Notes: generated by a model not told the origin, from the letters alone. DNA of 64,000 nucleotides from Phycisphaerae bacterium (GCA_014859965.1 JACZKQ010000030.1:8032-72031), one strand, 5' to 3'; shown: positions 41,950-52,379, numbered from the stretch's first letter. Numbers and translations are program-made.

Positions 41950-43349
41950 GCGTCAATGGCCGCTGCGGCGCCGCGGCCGCTGTCGATCGCCCGAACGACC
42001 AGCGACGCGCCGCTTACGGTGTCGCCGGCGGCAAATACGTCCGGTTCCGACGTCTGATGACGGTCCACCGCCGCGTTGCCTCTGGCATCGAGCTTAAGAC
42101 CCAGATCCTCGATTAGTTTTCCATGTTCGACGTGCACGAAGCCCATCGCGATCAGCACGAGATCGGCCTTCAATTCGAAATCCGTTCCCGCAATCTCCTT
42201 CAGCTTCCATTCGTCGTTCTTCTTGAGCCACTCGACCTCCACGCAGTGGAGGCCCGCCACGCTGACATCGCGCCCGATGAATTGCCGCGTCATAACGCCC
42301 CATCTCCGCTCGCAGCCCTCCTCGTGCGACGTCGACGTCCGCATGATCCGCGGCCACGTCGGCCACGGTGTATCCGCGGGACGACGCTCCGGCGGCTTCG
42401 GGAGTATCTCCAACTGGTGGATTTCGCGGGCGCCCTGGCGTCGTGCGGTCCCAACGCAATCGCTGCCGGTATCGCCTCCGCCGATCACCACCACCGCTTT
42501 GTCCCTGGCATTGATGGCTTTGCCGGCAATCCGTTCCCCCGCGTTGAGTCGGTTCTGCTGTCCCAGAAACTCCATGGCGAAATGAATATGCTCATAGCCG
42601 CGTCCCGGGATATTCAAATCCCGCGGCTGGCCGGCGCCCATAGTCAGGCAAATGCCGTCAAACAGTTTCCGAAGATACCGCGCCGACACATCTTCTCCGA
42701 CCTTGACGCCGGTTTGAAACGAGACGCCCTCGGCTCGCAGTTGTTCGAGCCGACGGTCGATGACGCACTTTGCGAGTTTAAAATCCGGGATGCCGTACCG
42801 CAGCAATCCGCCCGGCTGTTCGTCCTTTTCGAAGACCACCACGTCATGCCCGGCACGTGCCAGCTGCTGTGCCGCCGCAAGGCCCGCAGGACCGGAGCCG
42901 ATCACGGCAATGCGTTTACCCGTGCGGCTGCCGTTGTAAAACGGCGTAATCCAGCCCTCCTGAAAGCCGCGTTCGACGATCTGAAACTCGATGTGTCGAA
43001 TGGACACAGGTTCGTCATTGACACCCAGCGTGCACGACGTCTCGCACGGCGCAGGGCACACCCGCCCGGTGATCTCCGGAAAATTGTTCGTCGCGTGAAG
43101 GTTCTCACACGCCTGTCGCCACTGGCCCCGGTAGATCAATTCGTTGAACTCGGGAATACGATTGCCCAGGGGACAGCCGGACCCGTGACAAAATGGAATC
43201 CCGCAATCCATGCAGCGGGCCGCTTCCTTGACAAGCGCGTCGGGGCTGAGGGGGATATCCATTTCACCAAAATCGAGAACCCGTTCCGCTATCGGCCGAT
43301 GACCCACCGCCTGCCGCTTGTGATCGAGAAATCCCTTGATCTTACCCAT
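41928..43349 (-). CDS. gltD: Glutamate synthase small subunit (NADPH)
   Basis: 473-aa ORF with Fe-S Cys clusters (CMDCGIPFC, CPAPCE) and VIGSGPAGLAAA. It overlaps gltB by 8 nt and nadE by 22 nt. Confidence 0.9.
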   Translation of the reverse strand: MGKIKGFLDHKRQAVGHRPIAERVLDFGEMDIPLSPDALVKEAARCMDCGIPFCHGSGCPLGNRIPEFNELIYRGQWRQACENLHATNNFPEITGRVCPAPCETSCTLGVNDEPVSIRHIEFQIVERGFQEGWITPFYNGSRTGKRIAVIGSGPAGLAAAQQLARAGHDVVVFEKDEQPGGLLRYGIPDFKLAKCVIDRRLEQLRAEGVSFQTGVKVGEDVSARYLRKLFDGICLTMGAGQPRDLNIPGRGYEHIHFAMEFLGQQNRLNAGERIAGKAINARDKAVVVIGGGDTGSDCVGTARRQGAREIHQLEILPKPPERRPADTPWPTWPRIMRTSTSHEEGCERRWGVMTRQFIGRDVSVAGLHCVEVEWLKKNDEWKLKEIAGTDFELKADLVLIAMGFVHVEHGKLIEDLGLKLDARGNAAVDRHQTSEPDVFAAGDTVSGASLVVRAIDSGRGAAAAIDAWLTRKD

Positions 43350-46300
43350 GGAACACCTCCTCGGTCGCCGGCGTGGTTTCGGTGTCTCGCCGTTCCTCCG
43401 CCCGCAGCTTGTCCAGCGCCTTGCGATAGTCGATAGGCGTGACCTTCACAAACCGGCCGATCGTGTTCTGCCATGATTCCAAAATCGACGCGGCAAGGCG
43501 GCTGCCCGTCAACCGATGGTGCCGCACAATCAGATCGCGCAGCACCTCGATGTCCTCGGCCCGCCATACGCTCTCCAAATCGACCATGTCGAGGTTGCAC
43601 AGCGTGTCGAATAGTTGCATCTCGTCGAGCACGTAGGCGACCCCGCCGCTCATGCCCGCTCCGAAATTGCAGCCCGTCTCCCCCAGAACCACCACCGTGC
43701 CGCCGGTCATGTATTCGCAGCCGTGATCGCCGACGCCTTCGACAACCGCCACCGCGCCGCTGTTGCGAACCGCAAAGCGTTCTCCCGCCATGCCGTTGAT
43801 AAAGACCTCGCCGCTCGTGGCCCCGTACAGCAGGGTGTTGCCGACTATGATATTCTTATTGGCTTCAAAGGTTGCCTCGTCCGGCGTCCTTACGATAATG
43901 CGCCCGCCCGACAGGCCCTTGCCCAGGTAATCGTTGCTTTCACCCGTGAGCGTAAACGTGATGCCCGGCGCCAGAAACGCTCCGAAACTCTGCCCCGCCG
44001 AGCCGCGGCAGGCGATCTCAATGGTCCCGTCCGGCAGCCCCGCCGGCCCATGTTTCATCACCACGCGATTGCTCAGAATCGCACCCACCGTACGGTGTGT
44101 GTTGCGAATCGGCGTTTCGATCGTCACCTTCCGCCCGTCTTCGATGGCCGTCTTCGCCTGCTCCAGCAGGGACCAGTCAAGATGGTCGTCGAGTTTGCCC
44201 TGCTGCACCGTCGTCAGGCGTATGCCGGCCCCCTCAGGCGCCTCGACCGGTGCGAACATCGCTGAAAAATCCAGCCCGCGTGCCTTGTAGTGCTCAACCG
44301 CCTCGCGCACCTGAAGACGCCCCCGCTGCCCGATCATCTCCTCGAACGTACGGAAGCCCAGTTGGGCCATAATCTGCCGGACTTCTTCAGCTACAAAGTA
44401 CATGAACCGTTCGATGTATTCCGGCTTTCCGGCAAACCGCGCCCGCAGTTCGGCATCCTGCGTGGCGATGCCGTACACGCAGGCCCCTTCATGACACTTG
44501 CGAAGCAGCGTGCAGCCCATGGTCACCAGCGCCGCGGTCCCGAAGCCGAATTGCTCGGCCCCGAGCAGCGCCGCAACGACCACGTCCCGTCCCGTCTTCA
44601 TCTGCCCGTCGGCCTGCACGCGAATCCGGTCCCGCAGCCCGTTCATCACCAGCACCTGCTGCGTCTCGGCAAGGCCCAGCTCCCACGGGCAGCCCGTATA
44701 TTTAATGGAACTCAGCGGGCTGGCACCCGTGCCGCCGTCGTGCCCGCTGATCAAAACCTCGTCCGCGTTGCCCTTGGCGACGCCTGCGGCAATCGTCCCA
44801 ACCCCCACCTCGGCCACCAGCTTCACCGACACCTTCACGCCCGGGTTGCTGCACTTGAGGTCGTAGATCAACTGCGCCAGGTCCTCGATGGAATAGATGT
44901 CATGGTGCGGCGGCGGCGAAATCAGCGTCACCCCCAGTGTACTGTGCCGCAGCCGCGCGATCTCTTCGGTAACCTTGTGTCCCGGCAGTTGACCGCCTTC
45001 GCCCGGCTTGGCCCCCTGTGCCATCTTGATCTGAAGCTCACGCGCGTGCGCCAGGTAGTTGATCGTCACCCCGAATCGCCCGCTGGCCACCTGCTTGATC
45101 GCGCAGTTCCTTGAATCGCCGTTCGCTTCGGGCGTGTACCGCGCCGCGTCCTCGCCGCCCTCGCCGGTATTGCTCATCCCGCCGATGCGGTTCATCGCGA
45201 CCGCCATGCACTCGTGGGCCTCGGCGCTGATCGAGCCGTGGCTCATCGCCCCCGTACAAAAGCGCTTGACGATTTCCGCCGCCGGCACCACCTCCTCGAT
45301 AGGCGCCGGCTGGCCCGGCACAAATTCAAACAGCCCTCTCAGCGTACACATCTGCCGCGACTGATCGTTCACCGCCTGTGCGTACTTCGCATACAGCCCC
45401 GCGTCATCGGCAACTGTTGCATGCTGCAGAAGCGACACCGTCGTCGGATTCCACAGGTGCGTCTCGCCGTCCGTGCGATAACTGTACTCGCCGCCGTAGT
45501 CCACCTCCAGCGAGCCCATCGGCCGCGCCGCAAACGCCGCCCGATGGCGCCGCAGCGTCTCCTCGGCCAGCTCAGCCAGACCGATCCCGCCGATCCGCGA
45601 CGCCACCCCCGCAAAATACGCGTCCACAAGGCTGCGATGCAGACCGATCGCCTCGAACAACTGCGCCCCTTGATAACTCCGCAGCGTGGATATGCCCATC
45701 TTGCTCATCGTCTTGAGCATGCCCTTTTTGACCGCCGCGATATAATTGTCCGTTATCCGCGTCGCGTCCGCGACCTCCGGCAGACAGCCCTTGCCGAACA
45801 GGTCCTCAAGCGACTCGAACGCAAGATACGGATTGACCCCGTTGGCCCCGAATCCGCTGAGCAGGCAAAAATGCATCACCTCGCGCGGTTCGCCGCTTTC
45901 TATGATAAGTCCCGCCTGCGAACGCAGCCCGCGGTCCAGCAGTCCGTGGTGCAGCGCCGACGTCGCCAGCAGCGCAGGTATCGGCGCCAGCGTCTTCGAC
46001 GCGGCCCGATCGCTGGCGATGATCAGCGAAGCGCCCTTGCGGATCGCCGCCTCGGCATCGTCCACCAGTTGCTTTAAGGCCTGCTCCAGACTGGCCGCCC
46101 CGTCCCCGCTCGTGGCGTCAAACACTGCCGACACCGTCGCCGCGTGGAAGTCGGCGCGCTTCACCCCACGCAGCCGCTCCACGTCCTCGTTGGTCAAAAT
46201 CGGGTGCGGAAGTTTCAACTGCCGACAATGCTCCGGCGTCTCCGTCAGCACGTTGCGCTTCCTGCCGGTGAACATCATCAGGCTCATCACCAGCCCCTCG

Positions 46301-47898
46301 CGCAGCGGATCGATGGGCGGATTAGTCACCTGCGCGAACAATTGCTTGAAATAGTCATACAGCATCCGCGGCCGATCCGACAGCACCGCCAGCGGCGTAT
46401 CGGTGCCCATGGACCCCACCGGCTCTTGTGCATGAATCGCCATCGGCGTCAAGACCACCCGAAGCTCTTCTCGCGTAAACCCGAATATCCGCTGCCGCAG
46501 CGCGATTGTCGCCGAATCCGGCTCCACCGACTCAGGCGAATCGAACAGCCCGCGCAGCTCGATGCGGTTCTCCTCCAGCCACCGCCGATACGGCCTCTGC
46601 CGCGCAATCTTGCTCTTGACCTCGTTATCCGTCACGATCCGGCCTTCCTGGGTGTCCACCAGGAACATCCGCCCCGGCCGCAGCCGACCCTTGACCCAGA
46701 TGCGTTCCGGCGCAAAATCGATCACACCCGCCTCGCTCGCCATCACCGCCAGTCCGTCCGTGGTCACAAGGTACCGGCACGGACGCAAGCCGTTGCGGTC
46801 CAGCGTCCCCCCGATCAGCCGCCCGTCCGTAAACACCATCGCCGCCGGCCCGTCCCACGGTTCCATCAGCGCCGCGTGATATTCATAAAACGCGCGCTTG
46901 TCCGTGCTGATGTGATACTTCGCCCCGAACGCTTCCGGAATCATCATCATCATCGCATGCGGCATGCTCCGCCCGCTGCGGACCAGCAGTTCCAGAAAAT
47001 TGTCGAAACTCGCCGAATCGCTGGCGCCCGGCTCGAGCACTGGAATCACATCCGCGATATCCTCGCCGAAAACCTCCGACGCCATGCTCTTCTCGCGAAT
47101 CCGCAGGCTGTTGCGGTTGCCGCTGAGCGTGTTGATCTCGCCGTTGTGCGCGATCGCCCGGAACGGCTGCGCCAGCCGCCAGTTGGCGAACGTATTCGTG
47201 CTGTAACGCTGATGCACAATCGCCATCGCGCTGCCGAAACGTTCATCCGCCAGGTCGGGATAATAGGCGAACAACTGCCACGCCATGAACATCCCTTTAT
47301 AGCAGATGGTTCGGCATGACAATGAGGTCACATAGAAATCTTCGGCTGTTTCTCCGAATTGCCGACGCACCTCCTTCTCCGCCCGCTTCCTGGCAAGAAA
47401 CAGCCGCCGCTCGAACGACACTTCATCAAGACCGCACCCGTCCACGAACACCTGCTTGATCGAAGGCTCCGCGCTCAGTGCGATCTTGCCCAGACAGTCG
47501 TTGTTCGACGGCACGTCGCGCCACCCCGTCACCTGCATGCCGTGATGCCTGATCGACTCGCAGAGGATCGCATCGCACCGCTCGCGCAGCGACGCATCCT
47601 GCGCCCCGAACACCATCCCCACCGCATAAGTGCCGGGCTCACCTAAGGTCCTATGCGACGCGCCGCACGCGCACAAAAAAAAATCATGCGGAATCTGACA
47701 TAGAATGCCCGCCCCGTCGCCCGTCACCTCATCGGCCCCCGCGGCCCCCCGGTGCCGAAGGTTCAGCAGAATCTGCTTGCCGTAGTCAATGATCTGGTGG
47801 TCGCGCTTGCCCGAGATATTCACAACCGCACCGATGCCGCACGCATCATGTTCGTACTGAGGGTCGTATAATCCTTGTTTTTTGGGAGTCAGAGCCAT
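43342..47898 (-). CDS. gltB: Glutamate synthase large subunit
   Basis: 1518-aa ORF with an N-terminal Ntn-amidotransferase (YEHDACGIGAV), FMN/3Fe-4S central domains and a GXGXG C-terminal domain. Confidence 0.95.
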   Translation of the reverse strand: MALTPKKQGLYDPQYEHDACGIGAVVNISGKRDHQIIDYGKQILLNLRHRGAAGADEVTGDGAGILCQIPHDFFLCACGASHRTLGEPGTYAVGMVFGAQDASLRERCDAILCESIRHHGMQVTGWRDVPSNNDCLGKIALSAEPSIKQVFVDGCGLDEVSFERRLFLARKRAEKEVRRQFGETAEDFYVTSLSCRTICYKGMFMAWQLFAYYPDLADERFGSAMAIVHQRYSTNTFANWRLAQPFRAIAHNGEINTLSGNRNSLRIREKSMASEVFGEDIADVIPVLEPGASDSASFDNFLELLVRSGRSMPHAMMMMIPEAFGAKYHISTDKRAFYEYHAALMEPWDGPAAMVFTDGRLIGGTLDRNGLRPCRYLVTTDGLAVMASEAGVIDFAPERIWVKGRLRPGRMFLVDTQEGRIVTDNEVKSKIARQRPYRRWLEENRIELRGLFDSPESVEPDSATIALRQRIFGFTREELRVVLTPMAIHAQEPVGSMGTDTPLAVLSDRPRMLYDYFKQLFAQVTNPPIDPLREGLVMSLMMFTGRKRNVLTETPEHCRQLKLPHPILTNEDVERLRGVKRADFHAATVSAVFDATSGDGAASLEQALKQLVDDAEAAIRKGASLIIASDRAASKTLAPIPALLATSALHHGLLDRGLRSQAGLIIESGEPREVMHFCLLSGFGANGVNPYLAFESLEDLFGKGCLPEVADATRITDNYIAAVKKGMLKTMSKMGISTLRSYQGAQLFEAIGLHRSLVDAYFAGVASRIGGIGLAELAEETLRRHRAAFAARPMGSLEVDYGGEYSYRTDGETHLWNPTTVSLLQHATVADDAGLYAKYAQAVNDQSRQMCTLRGLFEFVPGQPAPIEEVVPAAEIVKRFCTGAMSHGSISAEAHECMAVAMNRIGGMSNTGEGGEDAARYTPEANGDSRNCAIKQVASGRFGVTINYLAHARELQIKMAQGAKPGEGGQLPGHKVTEEIARLRHSTLGVTLISPPPHHDIYSIEDLAQLIYDLKCSNPGVKVSVKLVAEVGVGTIAAGVAKGNADEVLISGHDGGTGASPLSSIKYTGCPWELGLAETQQVLVMNGLRDRIRVQADGQMKTGRDVVVAALLGAEQFGFGTAALVTMGCTLLRKCHEGACVYGIATQDAELRARFAGKPEYIERFMYFVAEEVRQIMAQLGFRTFEEMIGQRGRLQVREAVEHYKARGLDFSAMFAPVEAPEGAGIRLTTVQQGKLDDHLDWSLLEQAKTAIEDGRKVTIETPIRNTHRTVGAILSNRVVMKHGPAGLPDGTIEIACRGSAGQSFGAFLAPGITFTLTGESNDYLGKGLSGGRIIVRTPDEATFEANKNIIVGNTLLYGATSGEVFINGMAGERFAVRNSGAVAVVEGVGDHGCEYMTGGTVVVLGETGCNFGAGMSGGVAYVLDEMQLFDTLCNLDMVDLESVWRAEDIEVLRDLIVRHHRLTGSRLAASILESWQNTIGRFVKVTPIDYRKALDKLRAEERRDTETTPATEEVFHG

Positions 47899-47939
47899 TT
47901 CATCTGTACCTGTAAGGTTCGCACGACGTTCAGTCCCCT

Positions 47940-47968
47940 AACGTATAAAAAGCCCGGCAATGTGTCAA
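47940..47968 (-). promoter_or_regulatory. Candidate sigma-70 promoter of gltB
   Basis: The minus strand reads TTGACA-17 nt-TACGTT, ~40 nt upstream of the gltB ATG and downstream of the glnN terminator. Confidence 0.3.
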
Positions 47969-48052
47969 CAGGAATTCGTTTTTACGGCCGCCGAAGCAGC
48001 CTCCTGGCATATATCCGAACAGCACATTTCAGGTTCATACAAAAGGGCGCGG

Positions 48053-48092
48053 AAAAACCGCCGGACAGCCGCTGCTTCAGCCGCCGTCCGGC
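48053..48092 (-). terminator. Rho-independent terminator of glnN
   Basis: The minus strand reads GCCGGACGGCGGCTG-AAG-CAGCGGCTGTCCGGC (a 15-bp stem with 2 mismatches), followed by GGTTTTT. It lies 40 nt after the stop. Confidence 0.6.
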
Positions 48093-48131
48093 GTTCTCGC
48101 CGAGCATATTTTAAAAGTATATTGAGCTGCA

Positions 48132-50240
48132 CTACTTTACAAACAACATTTCCGCATACGTGGGCAAAGGCCACAGTTCCGCATCCACAATCATTTCGAG
48201 GGCATCGCCGGCCTTTCGCACCTTCTGCATGGCCGGGATCACATCATCCCGAAACGCCTCGGCCTGCTTGAGGTGTCCTTCGACGCTCCCGGCCTGTGCC
48301 GCTGCCTTGTCCAGAAACTCCACCGCGTCCTTCAATTCGCCGATAAGACCGCAAAGGTTCTGCAGCATCTGCTGATGCGCCGTGCCGCTCGCCCCCGCGG
48401 ACCCGATCGCAACGGCCGCGTTCGCCAAATGTTCGCTGTAACGCACCGCCGCCGGAAGAATCTGCCGTCTGGCCATGCTCAGCATGGTCTTGGCTTCAAT
48501 GTGGATCGTCCGCGTGAACGACTCCAGCAGAATGTCGCTCCGCGCCTGCAGTTCCGTCTTGCTCAGCACCTTGTGCTTGGCGAACAGCGTAACGTGCCGC
48601 TCGTCCATGAGCGTCGCCAGCGCCGACGCCGACGATACCAGGTTCGCAAGTCCTCGCCGCTCCGCTTCGGCAACCCAGCCCGCGCAATAATTGTCCCCGT
48701 TGAAGACGATGCGTTTGTGATCCGTGGCGATCTTGCGCAGTATATTCTGCGCCGACGCCTTGACATCCTTGCTCTTTTCCAGTTCGTCGGCGATCTCGCA
48801 CAGGACGTCGGCGACAATCGTGTTCAGCACAAACGTCGGACCCGCGGTCGACTGGTTTGAGCCCACCATCCGGAACTCGAACTTGTTGCCGGTGAACGCA
48901 AACGACGACGTCCGATTGCGGTCCGTGCAGTCTTTCGGCAGCGTCGGCAGCGTAGAGATGCCTAACCGCAGTTCGCCGCCCTGTCTCGACGATTTGGCCC
49001 CGTCGCCCGCCAGTTGCTCGAAGATGTCGGTCAACTGATCGCCCAGGAAGATCGAAACGATCGCCGGCGGCGCTTCGTTGGCGCCCAGACGATGCTCGTT
49101 GCCCGCTGTGGCGACGCTGGCGCGAAGCAGGTTGGCGTATTGGTCGACCGCACGAACGATCGCGCACAAAAACACAAGGAACACCATGTTATCGTGCGGC
49201 GTGCTGCCCGGATCGAGCAGGTTGACCCCCGTATCCGTGCAGAGGCTCCAGTTGTTATGTTTGCCCGAGCCGTTGACTCCCACAAACGGCTTCTCGTGCA
49301 GCAGGCACGTGAACCCGTGCCGGGTCGCCACCTTCCGCAGCGTTTCCATCGTCAACTGGTTGTGGTCCGTGGCGACATTCGCCGTCCCGAAAACCGGCGC
49401 CAGTTCATACTGCGCCGGCGAAACCTCATTGTGCTGCGTCTTCGCCGAAACGCCGAGCTTCCACAGTTCGAGGTTCACGTCGTGCATGTACGACGCGATG
49501 CGTTCGTGCAGCGCGCCGAAATAATGGTCCTCCATCTCCTGGCCGCGAGGCGAAGGCGCTCCGAACAGCGTCCGCCCGGTCAACGCCAGGTCCAGCCGCT
49601 TGGCATAAAACGCCTTGTCAATCAGAAAGTACTCCTGCTCCGGCCCGAGCGTGCCCATCACCCGCTTGACGCACGAATCCCCAAGCGTCTTCAGCACACG
49701 CACCGCCTGCTTGCTCAACGCGTCCATCGACCGCAGCATGGGCGTCTTCTTGTCCAGCGCCTCGCCCGTGTACGAACAGAACGCGCTGGGAATGTACATC
49801 GTAATATTTTTGCCGTCTTCCTTGATGAACACCGGCGACGTGCAGTCCCATGCCGTGTACCCCCGGGCCTCAAACGTCACCCGAAGCCCGCCCGACGGAA
49901 ACGACGACGCGTCCGGCTCGCCCTGGATCAGTTCCTTGCCGCTGAATTCCATCAGCGTCCGCCCCTGGGGCGTCGGCGAAATAAACGAGTCGTGCTTTTC
50001 CGCCGTCAGCCCCGTCATCGGCTGAAACCAGTGACAGTAATGTGTCGCGCCCTTCTCGATCGCCCAATCCTTCATGGCGTTGGCCATCACGTCCGCCACC
50101 GCCGGAGTCAGATCCTCCAGGCCCTCCAGCACCCGGTTGAACGACTTGTAGGTGTTCTTCGGCAGCCGCTCGCGCATCACCGCATCGCTGAACACATTCG
50201 ATCCGAAAACATCAATGATGTTTATCTTCGGTTCACACAT
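48132..50240 (-). CDS. glnN: Glutamine synthetase type III
   Basis: 702-aa ORF with length and sequence typical of GSIII ([17 protein letters not shown]...[13 protein letters not shown]...GSGKHNNWS). Confidence 0.9.
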   Translation of the reverse strand: MCEPKINIIDVFGSNVFSDAVMRERLPKNTYKSFNRVLEGLEDLTPAVADVMANAMKDWAIEKGATHYCHWFQPMTGLTAEKHDSFISPTPQGRTLMEFSGKELIQGEPDASSFPSGGLRVTFEARGYTAWDCTSPVFIKEDGKNITMYIPSAFCSYTGEALDKKTPMLRSMDALSKQAVRVLKTLGDSCVKRVMGTLGPEQEYFLIDKAFYAKRLDLALTGRTLFGAPSPRGQEMEDHYFGALHERIASYMHDVNLELWKLGVSAKTQHNEVSPAQYELAPVFGTANVATDHNQLTMETLRKVATRHGFTCLLHEKPFVGVNGSGKHNNWSLCTDTGVNLLDPGSTPHDNMVFLVFLCAIVRAVDQYANLLRASVATAGNEHRLGANEAPPAIVSIFLGDQLTDIFEQLAGDGAKSSRQGGELRLGISTLPTLPKDCTDRNRTSSFAFTGNKFEFRMVGSNQSTAGPTFVLNTIVADVLCEIADELEKSKDVKASAQNILRKIATDHKRIVFNGDNYCAGWVAEAERRGLANLVSSASALATLMDERHVTLFAKHKVLSKTELQARSDILLESFTRTIHIEAKTMLSMARRQILPAAVRYSEHLANAAVAIGSAGASGTAHQQMLQNLCGLIGELKDAVEFLDKAAAQAGSVEGHLKQAEAFRDDVIPAMQKVRKAGDALEMIVDAELWPLPTYAEMLFVK

Positions 50241-50334
50241 CTAAGTCTCTCCAAAACCTTTCTTTCTTCCTATCGTCTGCCGCAGCAGGAGTAAGCCCGT
50301 ACGACGCACGACGCCATACCTCTACCATACGTAT

Positions 50335-50351
50335 TGCAAGCGATGTGCCAG
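50335..50351 (-). promoter_or_regulatory. Sigma-54 (-24/-12) promoter of glnN
   Basis: The minus strand reads cTGGCACatcgcTTGCAat, with exact TGGCAC-N5-TTGCA spacing. The predicted TSS is ~50324, 84 nt before the ATG. Confidence 0.75.
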
Positions 50352-50424
50352 CATTCTAATAAATCGTAAACCCTGTTTTCTAAGGGCCTTGCAGCGCAAT
50401 AGCTGGGAATCGCCACCAAAGTTA

Positions 50425-50473
50425 TGCTACATTTATGTCGCAATGAGATTCGATGTTACATTTATGTCGCAAT
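50425..50473 (-). promoter_or_regulatory. Pair of 18-bp dyad sites (candidate enhancer-binding-protein UAS) upstream of the glnN sigma-54 promoter
   Basis: Sites at 50425-50442 and 50454-50471. The identical 17-mers TACATTTATGTCGCAAT sit at 50428 and 50457. The minus strand reads TGCGACAT-AA-ATGTAGCA. Centres are at about -110 and -139, and the spacing is 29 bp. Confidence 0.6.
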
Positions 50474-50492
50474 AAGCGAGTTCCCGCCATGC

Positions 50493-50834
50493 CTATCCGA
50501 TAGCCTCTCGGCCGCGGTCGCCGGTGCGGATACGGACGCACTCCGCCAAATCGAGAATGAAGATTTTGCCGTCGCCGATGTCGCCGGTCCGGGCCCCTTT
50601 AATGATAGCATCGACCGTTTTCTCGACGAAGGTCTCATTAATGGCGATCTCCAGCCGCACCTTCTTGAGAAGGTTGACCTCGAACTTGATGCCGCGGTAA
50701 CTCTCCTCATAACCCATCTGCTCGCCGCAGCCGAGCGAATTGGTCACCGACATCTTATGCACCTGGGCTTCCAGCAAAGCGCTCTTGACCGTTTCGAGGC
50801 GATGGGGCTGAATATATGCGATGATCAGTTTCAT
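50493..50834 (-). CDS. glnK: P-II nitrogen regulatory protein
   Basis: 113-aa [23 protein letters not shown]..., a T-loop with SYRG, and a C-terminal GDGKIFI. It lies immediately downstream of amt. Confidence 0.9.
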   Translation of the reverse strand: MKLIIAYIQPHRLETVKSALLEAQVHKMSVTNSLGCGEQMGYEESYRGIKFEVNLLKKVRLEIAINETFVEKTVDAIIKGARTGDIGDGKIFILDLAECVRIRTGDRGREAIG

Positions 50835-50860
50835 GTTATAACTCTCCTGAGATCTTCTTT

Positions 50861-50910
50861 ATGTTCCTGATGTTCCTGTTGTTCCTGTTGTTTCTGTTGT
50901 TTCTGTTGTT
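50861..50910. repeat. 5.5 x 9-bp tandem repeat in the amt-glnK spacer
   Basis: Plus strand: ATGTTCCTG ATGTTCCTG TTGTTCCTG TTGTTTCTG TTGTTTCTG TTGTT. On the mRNA strand these are AACAACAGR units. Confidence 0.9.
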
Positions 50911-52261
50911 ACGTCGTGCTGAATATCTGGAAGCCGCCGTAGGCCTCCATCCCGTGTTCACCAATGTCCAGACCCCGCAGTTCCTCTTCCGTGGACGCCC
51001 GCAGCCCGATAGTGACGTCGATGACCTTGAAGACCAGACCCATGGTCACGACCACAAAGGCCACCACCGATAAAGAGCCCAGCAGTTGGATGCCCAACTG
51101 GGTCGGGTTGCCGCCGTACACAAAACCGTTGTTTACAAGCCCCAAAGTCTCCCTGCCGAATATCCCGACGGCCAGCGTGCCCCATATGCCGCACATGCCG
51201 TGCACGGGAAACGCACCCACCGGATCGTCGAGATGCAGCTTGTCCAGCAGCTCAACACCCCGGACGACCAGGTAACCGCCGACACTGCCGATGACCAGCG
51301 CCGCCCACGGATCGACAAACGCACACGGAGCCGTAATCGCAACCAGACCCGCCAGCGCCCCGTTCATCGCCATCGACAAATCCGGCTTGCCGAAGCGTTT
51401 CCACACCGTCAGCATCGCTACGATGCCGCCCATTGCCGCCGCGAGATTCGTATTGATCGCCACTCTCCCGATCAGCGAGCCGTCTCCGACGCTCAGGCTC
51501 GACCCTGCATTGAATCCGAACCATCCGAACCACAGGATGAACACGCCCAGCGAAGCTAACGGAATACTGTGCGCCGGAATGACCCTGGGCTTGCCGTCCG
51601 GGCTGTATTTGCCCGTTCGCGGCTTGAGTATCCACGTGCCCACCAGTGCCGCACAGCCGCCGACAGTATGGACGACCGTAGACCCCGCAAAGTCGGCAAA
51701 GTTCATTCCGCCCAGCCACCCGCCGCCCCATACCCAGTGCCCGATGATCGGATAAATCAGCGCGCTGATAAGAAACGAATAGACCAGGTAGGCGACGAAC
51801 TTCATGCGTTCGGCCATGCCCCCGGCCACAATCGTCGCCGCCGCCCCGCAAAAGGCCGCCTGAAACAGCCAAAACGCATACAAAGGCACCCCGGCGCCGC
51901 TCTCGGCGCCGATCAGAAACCACCCCTTGAAGCCGAACAGGCCGTTGCCGTCGCCGAACATAAGGGCATACCCGCAAACAAAGAAGCCCAGCGACGCCAT
52001 GCAGAAGTCCAAAAAGTTCTTCGTCAGGATGTTGCACGTGTTCTTGGCGCGGATGAAGCCCGCCTCCACCATCCCGAACCCGGCCTGCATAAAGAACACC
52101 AGAAACGCCCCAAGCAGCACCCACACCGTATCGAGACCAATCCTGATTTCTTCCACGGCCGCCGACAGGTCCTGGGCCGACGCCGTCCCGCTGACACCCA
52201 GTAACAAAACCGCCGCGGCTCCGCCCGCAATGCGCGCACCATCTCTGTGTCTCTTGATCAT
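50909..52261 (-). CDS. amt: Ammonium transporter (Amt family) with signal peptide
   Basis: 450-aa polytopic ORF with FMQAGF, AGSTVVH and FGWFGFN Amt signatures. Confidence 0.95.
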   Translation of the reverse strand: MIKRHRDGARIAGGAAAVLLLGVSGTASAQDLSAAVEEIRIGLDTVWVLLGAFLVFFMQAGFGMVEAGFIRAKNTCNILTKNFLDFCMASLGFFVCGYALMFGDGNGLFGFKGWFLIGAESGAGVPLYAFWLFQAAFCGAAATIVAGGMAERMKFVAYLVYSFLISALIYPIIGHWVWGGGWLGGMNFADFAGSTVVHTVGGCAALVGTWILKPRTGKYSPDGKPRVIPAHSIPLASLGVFILWFGWFGFNAGSSLSVGDGSLIGRVAINTNLAAAMGGIVAMLTVWKRFGKPDLSMAMNGALAGLVAITAPCAFVDPWAALVIGSVGGYLVVRGVELLDKLHLDDPVGAFPVHGMCGIWGTLAVGIFGRETLGLVNNGFVYGGNPTQLGIQLLGSLSVVAFVVVTMGLVFKVIDVTIGLRASTEEELRGLDIGEHGMEAYGGFQIFSTT

Positions 52262-52362
52262 AACCTTTTTTCCTCGATGGACTTAGTTGAATATTACCGT
52301 CTGCACTCCGCGGCCTTGTCCATTGACCTGCGCTTGCAGCAACAATGATCTATCGAAGCTAT

Positions 52363-52379
52363 CGCAACCGGTGTGCCAG
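52363..52379 (-). promoter_or_regulatory. Sigma-54 (-24/-12) promoter of amt-glnK
   Basis: The minus strand reads cTGGCACaccggTTGCGat. The predicted TSS is ~52352, 91 nt before the ATG. Confidence 0.7.

Noticed and set aside
48020-48037. A weak half-match to the UAS dyad (ACATTT...) upstream of gltB.
   Set aside because: - Only the ACATTT half is conserved.
- No TGGCAC-N5-TTGC promoter is present nearby.
- It is likely chance.
50241-50334. Possible glutamine riboswitch or other structured leader in the 84-nt glnN 5' UTR.
   Set aside because: - I could not recognise the glnA-RNA motif or any convincing conserved structure by eye.
- Purine-rich GGAAGAAAGAAAGG near the start looks like an extended SD region only.
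50861-51073. 70-aa ORF beginning MFLMFLLFLLFLLFLLL.
   Set aside because: - It is a translation artefact of the 9-bp tandem repeat.
- It runs antisense into the amt coding region.
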